DNA from: Utricularia gibba
Taxonomy: Eukaryota > Plantae > Magnoliophyta
DNA: 64,000 nt
Assembly: GCA_002189035.1 (NCBI GenBank)
Contig: NEEC01000014.1
Coordinates: 1,116,001 to 1,180,000 of the forward strand
Reading direction: 5' to 3'
This document shows positions 1 through 14,437 of this stretch, piece by piece. Within the stretch, counting starts at the first letter, position 1. Each line of letters opens with the position of its first letter. The notes beneath the pieces are model-generated. The model saw only the letters and a program-made list of their open reading frames with translations. It did not search any database and was not told the origin of the DNA. The translations under genes and the position numbers were made by a program.

Positions 1-600
1 ACAACACAAACACCATTACCCATAGTTACAATACCAGAAGAAAATGAAAACAAAGAACTGGCGTAATGTGATTGTCTGATACAGATTTTGACTGGCAGAT
101 TCCACCGATGGCATCCATTTTTGGGACTGCGATGGGATGATGGAGGATGGGGAACGGTAACTTTTGAGTGGTTAAAATGGGGTAATCCATATGGGCGTCT
201 GCTGGATCCACAGTGTGTAAGAATCTCAGTGCAGCTCTTTTACCAGATTGAATGCTGCTGAAGATTTTGATTTTAACCCCGTGGGATAAAAACCCAAAAA
301 AAAAAGAAGAGAAGGGAGTTGCAATAATGCCGATGGTTTGAACATTTGACGACAGATGGAGGTGTAAAAGGAGAAAGACGTGGAGGAGCAAAACCAAGCG
401 CAGACGAAACCAGTTAATTTATTTCCTCTGCGCGAAGACTACCCAGAGGACCGCCACACACGCAGATATCCATCCTCTCCCCTTCAGTGAAACCTGGGGC
501 CACAAATGTAAATTCCGCTTCCTCTGGTCTCCTCCATCCACAAAATCTACGTTCTTTTTCTTCTGTGTGTTCACACGCGTTCATGAATTTCGCATTTTGC
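1..600 (-). other. Possible 5' portion of a spliced transcription unit running off the window start; product unknown
   Basis: TATA-like TATATACAAAAG near 617-628 on the minus strand, candidate donor CCCAG|GTTTC near 496, acceptor TTCAG(CAG) near 260, and an open frame 26-397. No protein family recognised. Confidence 0.25.
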
Positions 601-1537
601 ATCCGCGCCCCTCAACTTTTGTATATTTAATAATTAATATATAGGCCCTCCACCCGGAATTAAAGTCAGAATATTTGATATTAGTTAGTATTTGATTGAT
701 GCGATGCCATAGGACTATAAATATTTAATTAATAGTTTTAAATAATCTAGATATTGTATGAATTTTTTTTAATTCTGCATATATAAATTATTTAAAATTA
801 TATCATTTTAATTTAATAAAAATCAATTAATTCTATTTTCAATCTCAATAATAAAAAGTATCTAAAAAATCAATCTATTTGAATGAATTTTATTTAAATC
901 CAAGTAAATTAAATCTATTTAATTTATTTTATCAAGCATATGCAATTCAATCTTGAACTTTTTAGGATACGTATTCCAACCAAACCATCATTTTAAGAAT
1001 TGATTAATTTATAATAATCTAAACCATTTTAATTTATATCCACCTAACAAACTTGGACTTCCACTTAATATGCAAGCACAAAAACTATCCTCGAAAACAA
1101 CCATTTTCCCCTTTCAAACATGAAAGTAAATGAAAAAGAACCTGAAAATCAGGTTTGCAGGTCCTGCCACAAAACACTGCATTGATTTATGAGCTTAAGC
1201 ATTCTGGTAATCTTCAACTTCAAATCATTTTACAGAATTAAGCGCACCCTGGTAGGTAGGGAATACCCCCCTGAATGCGGTGTTCTTGAGCATTGCAGAG
1301 CTTTGTTTTCAATGGCCACTGGCATTGCAGGGCAGGTGGATATAGTAGGCATGGTAACTAATTCTATGCTTTAGAAGGATTGGAGTTCAGTCATGCCTCA
1401 ACAATGGCGCAGAGCGCGCGCAGCAAACCACATATATCATAAGGATGTCACAGTTGATCAATTGAACCACAGAGCAGTCTCATCATCGTTCGGCATTTTG
1501 TAAGTAAATGTACAAATGAAGAAGCAAGGAAGATGAC

Positions 1538-2410
1538 TTACAGGGGTTTGGTCTCAGTCAGCTGCAACCGCTTCTCAACCAGGCGCACAATGAATTCGCC
1601 ATCGCTCACCTTCAGCATTTCCGGGAGAGGCATCAGAAAACCGTAGTCCATCAAAAGCCGGTGTCTTGGCTTGATCTTCCTCTCTAAGCTGAAGGAGAAG
1701 TACTGAGGGAACCTCTTGATTTCCTCCAAGTCTCCATTCATTTCCTTCAAGAAGTACTCAACTTTGGGTCGGTAATTCTTCTCGACGCTCAAGGTCAGGA
1801 GTCTGGGCGACCTCAGGACCATATTTCTGACAACATCGTATTCGATCCCGAGACCCATAAAAAACTCGAGTTTGGGCATGAAAGTGGTCTCGACGCTGGA
1901 AACTAGGAGCAGGGTGGTTTGGGAGGTGAGCCTATTGGGACCTACGAACCCCAATCCGGTGAGGAAATCGAAGGCGGGCTTCAATTGCGAATCGACGTCG
2001 GAGACTAGAAGCCGCGGGCAGCGGCAGATCGATTTGCCGATTTCGGGGAACGGGAGCTGCACGACGTGAAGTAAAAAATCGACAACGGGGTAAATGTGAG
2101 AGTACGGATCTACCGTGAGAAGCTGGGGGTACATATCGAGAATCCTGCCGATGGCGGCGGCGTCGAGGCCCATGGAAGATAGTGATTGAGCGACTGAATC
2201 GATGGTAGAGATGGGAGCGGAACGGAGGTTCGGGTTTAGCTGGAGGGCTTTCGTAGGGTTTATCTTCAAGGATTGAAGGTAGACAAGTTTTTGCCTGAAT
2301 TTGACGCCGGCGTCCTCCACCACCGCCGCCGAGCCTTGCGAAGCGCCGAGATGAGCATTTACGGCGGTGCGGTGTGCGTTCAGCCACAGGCTTTGCGCGT
2401 GGAGCATCAT
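1538..2410 (-). CDS. MTERF1: Chloroplast mTERF family protein (MTERF1/SOLDAT10-like), intronless
   Basis: 290-aa ORF with mTERF repeats. [27 protein letters not shown] and [24 protein letters not shown]-type motifs match SOLDAT10 as recalled. Confidence 0.92.
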   Translation of the reverse strand: [290 protein letters not shown]

Positions 2411-2523
2411 CTGCTAACGCTTGGCTCCGAAGATCACGCACGCGCGTTATTTATTGGGCCTATTGATATCATTGGGTCCATTCCCACGAATGACATATGG
2501 GCCTTCATCACCACATAAAAAAT

Positions 2524-3181
2524 TAGAGCTGGGCATGAGTTCGACCCGTTAGATTACGGGTTGAACCGGCCTAGTCGAAAATCAATCAATTTTGTGACTA
2601 CGGGTACGGGTTGATGGGTCAAAATGGTCAATGCGTCCCATGTCATGGGTTGACTCTGGTCATTATAATATTAATTTTTGTATTTTAGGTAACCCAAACA
2701 TAGAATTGTAGTGTGTCGACGCCAAATAAGTATATTGTTTATCTTAGGCACCACAATCATAACATTGCGGTACCTCAACATTATTTTTAGATAATCATAA
2801 ACCTACCTTTTTGACGGTTACCAAACATTGCAAATAACATGATATTTATGAATGAAGCTTCAATGGTGGTTCCAAAAACGCAGCTAACTCACAATTTCTC
2901 TCCAAATGCATGATGAAGAGTAGCGACGAACTTCTTAAACAATGGAAGAGTAATAAAATTCAAACACATTTGCAAACCATGTATTTATACTCACACGAAT
3001 TGGGCTTAATTGGATTGTGCTAAGCCCAACGATAGTGCTGTCCAACCCATTTTTTATTGGGCTACGTGTCAGGCCCAATCCCACTAGCCCACCAAGTCGA
3101 CCCGTACCCATGTATCATGAACTAATACCATACCCATTTTTTATGTTGATGGGTCACATGTCTCACCCGTACCGTACCCTA
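2524..3181. mobile_element. Degenerate non-autonomous hAT-like element remnant
   Basis: Begins TAGAGCTGGGCA and ends GTACCCTA. Subterminal CGGGT motifs lie on the left (2556-2612) and ACCCG motifs on the right (3100-3175). No intact 8-bp TSD. Confidence 0.35.
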
Positions 3182-4017
3182 CTTTTAATAAATTACCTTA
3201 CTTTTGTTATTTGGTTTGCATTTTATCATACTATTGAATAAAAATTTTAATTAAAATGAAAAAAGTAAGTAAATTTTTTATATCATATTTTCTTTTGAAT
3301 TATGCATTTCTTTTATTCAAAATTTTTGAAAATACAATTTATTATAATATTTTATAATACATATATTATACATTTGTATTGTTTTGATTTATATTTCTTT
3401 ATAAGTAATTTATTTATTTCAATCATATGTAATATTATGAAAAAAGTATTAAAATCTATTTTCACTTTTCGATAAATAAAATAGTTTAATTTACATTTGT
3501 ATTGTTTGATATTTTTCATGAAATCTATTTTATTTTTTTATCATTAATATAGTATTAAAAAATTTTAACAAAAATAATGTACCATATTTTATTATTTTGA
3601 TAATTAGATTTTGTAATCTTTTAAAAAAGTGAAATGAATATACTATTGATGAAATTATAAAGTTATTTTTTTTATTTTTAATACAGATAAATTGCAAATA
3701 AATGTTATTAGTAAGATAAAATGCAAATAAACTATATTAGTAGGGTAAAATGCAAATAGCAGACGTCTGACAGCGGTTAGGTTAAAGGTCGACAGAGACG
3801 GCAGCAGCGGTTCATTCTGAAAATTACCCATTGTCCATTTCTCTCTCACACACCACGTACAAAAAATTGCACAGGGTGGTAGGTATATTTCTAACAAACA
3901 CAAAACATAATGAGTATTTTTCAAAAAAACCCCGGCAGCACCTCCGACATAAATGCTACTGCTTTAACTAGACCAAAGGAATACAGTCTGATGGTGAGAC
4001 TCAAGTAAATACTGAGT

Positions 4018-4833
4018 TTATGGAAACTGACCGCCGACGAAGGTGCCTCCGAAGGACCAGCCTTCCGGCGTAACATTCTCTGAGAGGATGCTACGACCGT
4101 CGCTGGTGGTGATGTTGAAAGAGAGGCGCTGGCCATCAAGGAATGAGTTGCTTTTCCAAAGCTGACCGAACTCTTTGGACATCGACTTCCAGCCCGTCTT
4201 GGTTCCCTTTACAGATACTGCGACCACGTCACCGGCGCCACCCACGTTGGAAATGAGTACAAGATTGAAGTAGGAGCGGCCCTTGATTGTGAATCTTATG
4301 CCACCAGAGACCTTACAGGAAACCCTCCGGTAATTGACAGGAAAGGTGCTTCCCCACAGAGCACTGGCATCGTATTCTGGTGGTTCCAAGACGATATGCC
4401 GCAATGGAGGGTTGGCATCCGTCAAAAAGCCGGAAATCTTAACAGAGATGGGAGCAGGGAGGAAACAATGCTCATAGGTAGCACATCTTATCTCCAAACA
4501 AACACCGCAGGTTGCATAGTTTGAAGCTGTGTGAACAGCACCAGTGTATTCTGTGTTCTGTTGGATCTCTCCATCGCCACAGGCACCTGCCAAATTGTGA
4601 AAACATATCAAACCTGCACCGGGCTCAAATGTGAAATGTAATTTGAATGATTCCAAAGAAGCAATACCCATAGTTTGATGAGAGGTGCTACTGCGGTTAG
4701 AAATGGAAGCATTTCCAAAATTCCAATCGAATGATTTAGAATTGTGTTGATCCTCACAATACGCAGCCATAGGGAGGATGAGAAGTATGAAGCCCACAAT
4801 ACAGGCTGAAAATTTCATTTGCGGCCACCACAT
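4018..4833 (-). CDS. Divergent alpha-expansin (EXPA-derived); 2 exons, in-frame 81-nt intron 4587-4667
   Basis: Signal peptide, TMG|ACG at the canonical phase-1 intron, CGVCLEIRC, YRRVSC..GGIRFTIKGRSYFNLVLISNVGGAGDV, WSFGGTF. Start may be at 4818 (MKFS). Confidence 0.9.
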   Translation of the reverse strand: MWWPQMKFSACIVGFILLILPMAAYCEDQHNSKSFDWNFGNASISNRSSTSHQTMGIASLESFKLHFTFEPGAGLICFHNLAGACGDGEIQQNTEYTGAVHTASNYATCGVCLEIRCATYEHCFLPAPISVKISGFLTDANPPLRHIVLEPPEYDASALWGSTFPVNYRRVSCKVSGGIRFTIKGRSYFNLVLISNVGGAGDVVAVSVKGTKTGWKSMSKEFGQLWKSNSFLDGQRLSFNITTSDGRSILSENVTPEGWSFGGTFVGGQFP

Positions 4834-5252
4834 GGAAAAACTGCAATTGCAATTTCAAGAAATTCTCCATCATGTATGCACTAAAACGCTCATATAGAAT
4901 GCAGTAACTTTACGCGTTGGAAAAGGATAAACCTTGTCATTATAAGTATGATGCATGCGCCACACAAGCAATCAGAAGAAAAATTTCGCGTACCTGTTTT
5001 CATTGTTTTTCCTTGGAAGCATTTCGTCAAACATATGGTGATTTGATCACTGATCTCTGATGTGATTCTTACACGGCCAACCCCATCCTGAAAATCCAGA
5101 GATATAAAACAAGGTTCAGCACCGGTAAAACAGAAATTCCTCCAAAATCTTCTAGATTGTCACGTTTCCAAAGGTATAGACGAATTCCCTGGTATAAGCA
5201 CTCTCCTCGTAATCCTCAAATTCAACACATTAAATTGGGGAAAAAACCACAA

Positions 5253-5531
5253 CGATTCGTTCGACAAAGCAAAAAAGAGGAAAAGTTCAAAACGGAAGAA
5301 CGCTACAGAGTTGAAGATCTCGGAAACTGGGTGTCTTCTTTGTTAGAAAGCAAAGCGACAGCAAAAAGAAAAAAAAAACAGCAAGTACACCAATGTTAGA
5401 AATCTCGGAAACTGGGTGTCTTCTTTGAAGATCTGGGAAACTGGGTGTCGATTCGTTCGACAAAGCACAGCGACAGCCAAAAAAAACAAGTAACCTTCCA
5501 AAAGGGGTACGGGTGTCTTCTTTGTTAGAAG
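5253..5531. repeat. Mosaic of shuffled short direct repeats
   Basis: GGAAACTGGGTGTC at 5322, 5407 and 5436; GGGTGTCTTCTTTGTTAGAA at 5329 and 5511; CGATTCGTTCGACAAAGCA at 5253 and 5449. Confidence 0.85.
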
Positions 5532-5798
5532 CTTGTGAGTATGTGGTAACAAGAGAATATTGGAGGTTGAAGCATGCGAACCTTTCAGTTGTAAACTTTT
5601 GGTTGCAGAAAACAGAATGCATTTTTCAACAACTCACTATAAATATTTCCATGTTTTGACCTTGGAATGTGACAGTTGCGATGGTTTGAACCAAAGTGTC
5701 CTTTAGTAGCTGTCTTGTTTACTGACGCAATCTCTACATTTCCACCATTAACACACTTGGGCCCAGCACCAGCAAACTATAGTAAATTTCGTTTCTTC

Positions 5799-5867
5799 CT
5801 CAATAAAGGAAACCACATGGAAACTCAATAAGGAAACCACATGGAAATTCAAAAAAGGAAACCACCT
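5799..5867. repeat. About 2.7 tandem copies of a 24-25 bp unit
   Basis: CTCAATAAAGGAAACCACATGGAAA / CTCAATAAGGAAACCACATGGAAA / TTCAAAAAAGGAAACCACC. Confidence 0.85.
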
Positions 5868-6015
5868 CGTTATTTCCGGAAATCAGTAAGTAAATATGCT
5901 CTCAGAATCTCGCGACTTCCTCTTCTGATCTTCATCTTATCGCGATTCTTCTTCCTGTTTATCTGAAACTGAGTCAATTCATCACCCACAAACATTCTTT
6001 TTATAAAAATGAAAT

Positions 6016-6397
6016 TGAAGTAAAAACCAACAACCGGGTAAATTTGGGAGTACGGATCTAACCTGAGAAGCTGGAGGTATACTTATCGAGAATCGTGCCG
6101 ATTGCGGCGGCGGCGTCGAGGCCCATGGAAGAGAGTGATTGAGCGACTGAATCGATGGTGGAGATGGGAGCGGAACGGAGGTTCGGGTTTAGCTGGAGGG
6201 CTTTCGTGGTCAAGGATTGTAGGTAGACAATTTTTGCCTGAATTTCACGCCGGCGTCCTTGACCACCGCCGCCGGACCTTGCGAAGGGCCGAGATGAGCA
6301 TTTACGGCGGTGCGGTTTGCGTTCAGCCACAGGCTTTTCGCGTGGAAAATCCGCTGACGGGCTCCGAAGATAACGCCCACCGAACGACCTATGGGCC
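6016..6397 (-). pseudogene. 3'-truncated duplicate of the mTERF1 5' end and proximal promoter
   Basis: Aligns by eye to ~2067-2460. The ATGATG start is replaced, there is a net 9-nt deletion, a 1-nt deletion near 6229, a 3-nt insertion and a second frameshift near 6070. Only about the first third of the CDS is present. Confidence 0.92.
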
Positions 6398-6534
6398 TGG
6401 CCTTATTCACCCTTTGCTTAGACCGAAGGAAAAGAAAAAAGGGATAATTACGTCATCGATGACGACAAACAGGATCGGTCCATTCGCGGGAAAATTGCAC
6501 AAATACGTTCGTTATTCCCAGGTGATGACAACTC

Positions 6535-9870
<3,336 letters not shown>

Positions 9871-10144
9871 TCAAAAGCTAATCGAAGTTCAAACTCCAGT
9901 TTCAGATCACCTCAGAGACAAAGCAAGGGGCATGGCAACACCATCATATTCATATAAAGCTACATGGAATTGATCAAAATGAGCTGCAGCAACATATTCC
10001 ACTCCTTAAAGGGCTCCAGAAAAGACTTTCCTTCAGCTTGAAAGAAGAAAGTACTTCATCAGCTCCCCTAGCTGCAACAAAAGTTCAGAGTTGAAAAGAA
10101 CCTGGAAGATAAAACGGTTGATCCATTGGAATCCTACTTCAGAG

Positions 10145-11006
10145 TTAGCTGCTACGACCCCTCATTGAGGGAAGCCATCTTTCTCCTCTCACTCTCTTAA
10201 GCTCAGCAACGCGCTCCTCCTCTCTTCTTGCTCTGGCTTTGGCAGCTGATTCTGCAGCTTCAAGTTTACTTAAAGACTTCTCCATTGCAGCCTTTGAAGC
10301 GGTGATTATGGCATCCCCATCAATGGCAACTGATGAAAGCTGCTTCTGGAACTACAAAGACATGATCTTGAGTATGAAAACTAAGCCACATGATTACATG
10401 TATGTGGATAGAGCTTTACTTAAGAAGAATATGCTCACCTTTTTGGACGTTTCACGAATCTCTGCTCCAGGAATAATCCTCGGTCTCTTTGTTGGCCCTG
10501 ATCACAAAAGGAAAACTAGTGTAAAGGTCAATGAATCACCAAAAAGCAATGGGGAAGATGCGATCAGGAGTCTTGTGGGGATGCCTTTTGCGTAAGCCTT
10601 GTTAGAGGGTGCAGCAGGAGGAGGATTTCTCAAAAGCCTAAACCCTGAAACCCCATTCGTCTGCGGTTCTTCAGGAAGATCCAGGTCCTTACCAGTCACA
10701 AATTCGAAACTTTTCTCCAGTTGTTCATGCAAAAAATTCTGCGCCTGTCAATGATTTCCTTCAAAATTCGTATATGCTGTAAATTGAAATGCGGAGGGAG
10801 GAAAAAATGTGTATGAATTTGATTCTTCAGAGAAGGCAGAAAGGGAAAACCTTGATTTGCCATAACTTGTCCTTAGGCGAGGAGCGCTGTTCAGCAAGGG
10901 CTTCTTTCGAGGACTGAGGACCAACGGCGACGGCGGCTACGACGGAACGTATGCCGGCCCTCCACTCCTCATCGCCGTCGTCCTCGTCGCTGCTACTCCG
11001 GCCCAT
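10145..11006 (-). CDS. Conserved uncharacterised plant protein (At5g64160-like), 3 exons
   Basis: SSSDEDDGDEEWRAGIRSV N-terminus, VAIDGDAIITA and EEERVAELKRVRGERWLPSM C-terminus resemble At5g64160 as recalled. Confidence 0.75.
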
Positions 11007-11279
11007 CACAATTCCCTCTTCCTCAATGATTGGGCCGCAATCTCTTCAATTACCCGGATCCGACCCACAAATACGAAATTGGGCCGTTATAACGGGGAAG
11101 AAAAATGATGGCATTCAAAGCAGTTGCCGATACAAACGGAAACGCGATCGTGATGAAGATACAGGATGACGAAATCTGTACGAACCTCATCTTCATCTCT
11201 TCATTTCCTTCTCTATATATAACCATATGCATGTTCTCTTCTTCACTGGAATTCCAGATCCCTAGAGCACTCCACGACG

Positions 11280-11842
11280 ATGCCCAACTCCATCCTCTTC
11301 CTCCTCCTCGCTCTGGCATGTCTCTCCACCGGTTCCGCCGCGAGTAATTCCTCTTTGCCGTGCATCCCGCAATTGCTCCCATGCCAGCCGTACTTGAAAA
11401 ACCCCTCGAATCCGCCGATGTCGTGCTGCATGCCCATGAATCAAGTGGTTGACACAGAGCTCCCCTGTCTCTGCGCCGTCTTCAACGATACCTCGATCAT
11501 GAGGAGCTTCAACGTCACCAGATCGGACGCCATCCTTCTCGCCACCAATTGCGGCGTCCGATCCGCTGGAAATCTGTGCCCTAGCGATCGTAATCTCGTT
11601 AAATTTCTGCGCGACTTTCTCTCAATTGTGTAAATTTCGATTCATGTGTTCCTTTTTTTGGTCTAGAATCGGAAGCACCGGATGCCTCACCCACCATACC
11701 ACCACCGACTCAACCCGCCGCCGCGGCGCCTCCTCATCCCGCTAATCCAGGTGTTGCACTGTCTCCACGCATCGGATTTGGGTGCATCGTCACGGCGCTT
11801 GGCGTTGCCCTTCATGCGCATGTACAGGAGTTCTGGGTTTAA
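11280..11842 (+). CDS. Non-specific lipid transfer protein, GPI-anchored type (LTPG-like); intron 11590-11666
   Basis: Signal peptide plus 8-Cys motif C-C-CC-CLC-C-C. Spliced exon 2 gives a Pro/Ala-rich spacer and a hydrophobic tail ending at TAA 11840-11842. Confidence 0.88.
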
Positions 11843-12441
11843 AGCTCCATATCCCCCATTTTTTTATAGACCGAATTGACTAAATTTTTATGTGCTATGC
11901 TCGTCATACATATAACATATTCCAAGACATGCAAATGAATAACAAAGATCATTGCAACGAGAAATTATCATAAAATATTACATAAAGGATTTTCTTGTCT
12001 CAAAATAACGTAGATTTATTTAATCAAATTCGACTATCAGTTTCGGTATCAATTAAATATAAAATGTGATTTGATTCGTTATATTAAAATTGTGAATCAC
12101 GTATTTCCAAATCTGAAATAATTTTTTATTTGGAATAATTTTATTTATGAAGATATTATAGAATTTTAATTTTTAATTTATTACAGTATTTTTTGATAAA
12201 TTATATCAAATATAGTTTAATAATTTCGACGTATTGAGGAAACATAATTGATAATTTATAAATAAAATAAAAAAATTGACAAAAATGTTTGTTCGTTAAA
12301 TATGAATATATTATATATATGTCTTGCTGGGTGGGCTCAAGGTGGACGGTTGCAACTTACGGTTCACGCTCGGCAGCCCAACGTTGGGGGAACAAAAAAA
12401 GCCCTAATTCCAGAGGTGTGGAGTGAAGGCGCAAGGCAGCC

Positions 12442-14190
12442 ATGAGAAGAGCCTTGCTCCGTTGTACCTCTTTGCGCTCTAGGAGCCTCATTCCTGCGCT
12501 GCCTGATGGTATCGGTTCGCATCGCATCTTGTGCGCACCTCTGCCGGCGGTGGGCCGTATTCCTCCGGAATTCAGATGTTTCTGTTCCGATAATGGTACC
12601 TCCGATCAGAAACTGCAGACAAGTAGCTCGGATGCCGAGGAGAAGAATTTGGCTTCCGTTGATGTGAGCGATGTAAGCAATAGAGGTATTTCTTCAATTA
12701 CACACCTTGACTTTTACTCCTTCCTTTTATGAATGCTGGCATTTCTTCAATTGTGATGTGTAAGCAGATTGCTTTCTTGCTCGTCTTTATGTTTACTTAA
12801 CGAAAACTATTTGCTTCTCTGACTGTTTGCAGAGTTCAAGGCTCAGTTGGAGAAGTATCTTCACCATTTTGACGAGGATGCACTGCCGGAAATTTTCGCG
12901 TCTGTGCTCAAAAGGAAGCTTTCTGAAAAGCACGAATATACAGATGATGAAATAACGGAAGAGTTTCGGTTAAAACCATTAGACAATGTAGATGACAAGG
13001 AATTTGACTCAGATCTTGACGCCGCCCTTGAAACTGATGAAGAAATCGATGATCTATACAATGCAGGGGACATAGTTATAAAGAGAATGGCATCAGATCC
13101 GTACTTCAATATGACTCATGAGAAATTCACTGACTTGATTAAAGGCGCCATCAAGCATGGCAATCTCCAGGATACAAGGGAGCTCGAGGAAACCATTGAA
13201 GACATGCAGCACTGGGACAAGCTTTTGCCCGGTATTGTTCACGATCCCTGTCCGGTGTTATTTCATTTTGCTAACGCGTTAGTCCCCTTCATCGGTTTTA
13301 AAGCCAAAATGCCCTTTTCGGATTACCAGTTCTCCTTTTGTTATTCCAGTTCTGTGTTCCTTACTGATAGCAGGGGTCCGGCCTTGTTCTTCCATTTACG
13401 TATGTTTGCAGCTAGGCGAATGAGAATTATTTGATTCTTACATTTGTTCAGATGACGCCAAGAAGCGGATTGAAAAGAAGTTCCATGAGATTGGGGACAT
13501 GGTCGAGAGAGGAGAACTGGATGTCGAAGAAAGCTACCCAATGTTCAAGGAGTTCGAGGATCAGATTGTTAGTGAACTGATAGAGCGAGAGGAACAGGAA
13601 CAGGGGCCTCCCCAGTTTAGCGAGCATGATAATCAGGAACTGGATGATCCACCAGGTGAGGGTCCGGTCCTGCGTTGGACGACGCGAGTTGTTTTTTCTC
13701 CAGGCGATGAGCAATGGCACCCCAAGAATAGAAAAGTGAAGTTGGCTGTCACAGTGAAAGGGCTAGGCCTCTCCAAGCATCAGTTTGTAAGGCTCAGAGA
13801 GTTGGCTGGGAAGCGATACAATCCTGGGAAAGATGAGCTCACCATTACCAGTGAGAGGTATGATCCTTCATTTTCTGTAATGCCACGCCACATTCACACT
13901 GCCTATCTTATGTTGAAAATTCATCTCCACTGTTCGTCTTGCTTGAATGTTATTGCCATGAACATATGTCTATGGTTCTTTATCCTCGCCTCAGGTTTGA
14001 GCATCGGGAAGAGAACAGAAAGGACTGCCTGAGAACTTTATTTGCTTTGATTGAGGAAGCTGGGAAAGCAAGGATACTTGTGGAGGAAGCACGAAAGTCG
14101 GAAGTAAAAAACCGACTCTTGGCTAATCCAGCCTTTCTGGAGCGATTGCAGAATGCAAAACAAGTTGCAGGAGAGCAAACCATGAATTAG
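12442..14190 (+). CDS. Mitochondrial ribosomal protein mS35 (S24/S35 family), 4 exons
   Basis: Mitochondrial presequence; WHPKNRKVKLAVTVKGLGLSKHQFVRLRELAGKRYNPGKDELTITSER|FEHREENRKDCLRTL. Confidence 0.9.
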
Positions 14191-14437
14191 GAGGCTTAAG
14201 GTGTTGCTGTGGTTCAGACAACTCCATTTTGACATGTGCTGCCCATAAGCTTTTGACTTCTCCGTTCAGCTGGAAGCATACCATGGAATAACAAACAGGC
14301 TTTATGCTTGATGTGAAACACCGAACTACGTTTACATGCAGGCAATTAACTCCCTCATCTTCTAGATTGAAGATATTCAACATAAGTTCAGCATCCCCAG
14401 TGCATAGCTTTGTATCCTACAGTTCTAGATGTTAGAA

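Noticed and set aside
620-1100. AT-rich blocks (also 3240-3760, 12000-12300, 26640-27200, 48780-49170) as organellar insertions
   Set aside because: No recognisable plastid or mitochondrial gene sequence; ordinary AT-rich spacers.
1872-2518. Overlapping ORFs 1872-2069, 1932-2441 and 2273-2518, and equivalents at 6058-6575
   Set aside because: Alternative-frame or antisense shadows of GC-rich mTERF sequence.
2538-2550. GTTCGACCC T-loop-like motif (also ATTCGAATCC near 52269) suggesting tRNA
   Set aside because: No acceptor, D or anticodon arms and no A-box around either motif.
5799-5867. Short repeats as a CRISPR-like array
   Set aside because: Eukaryotic context, no unique spacers of regular length and no cas genes.
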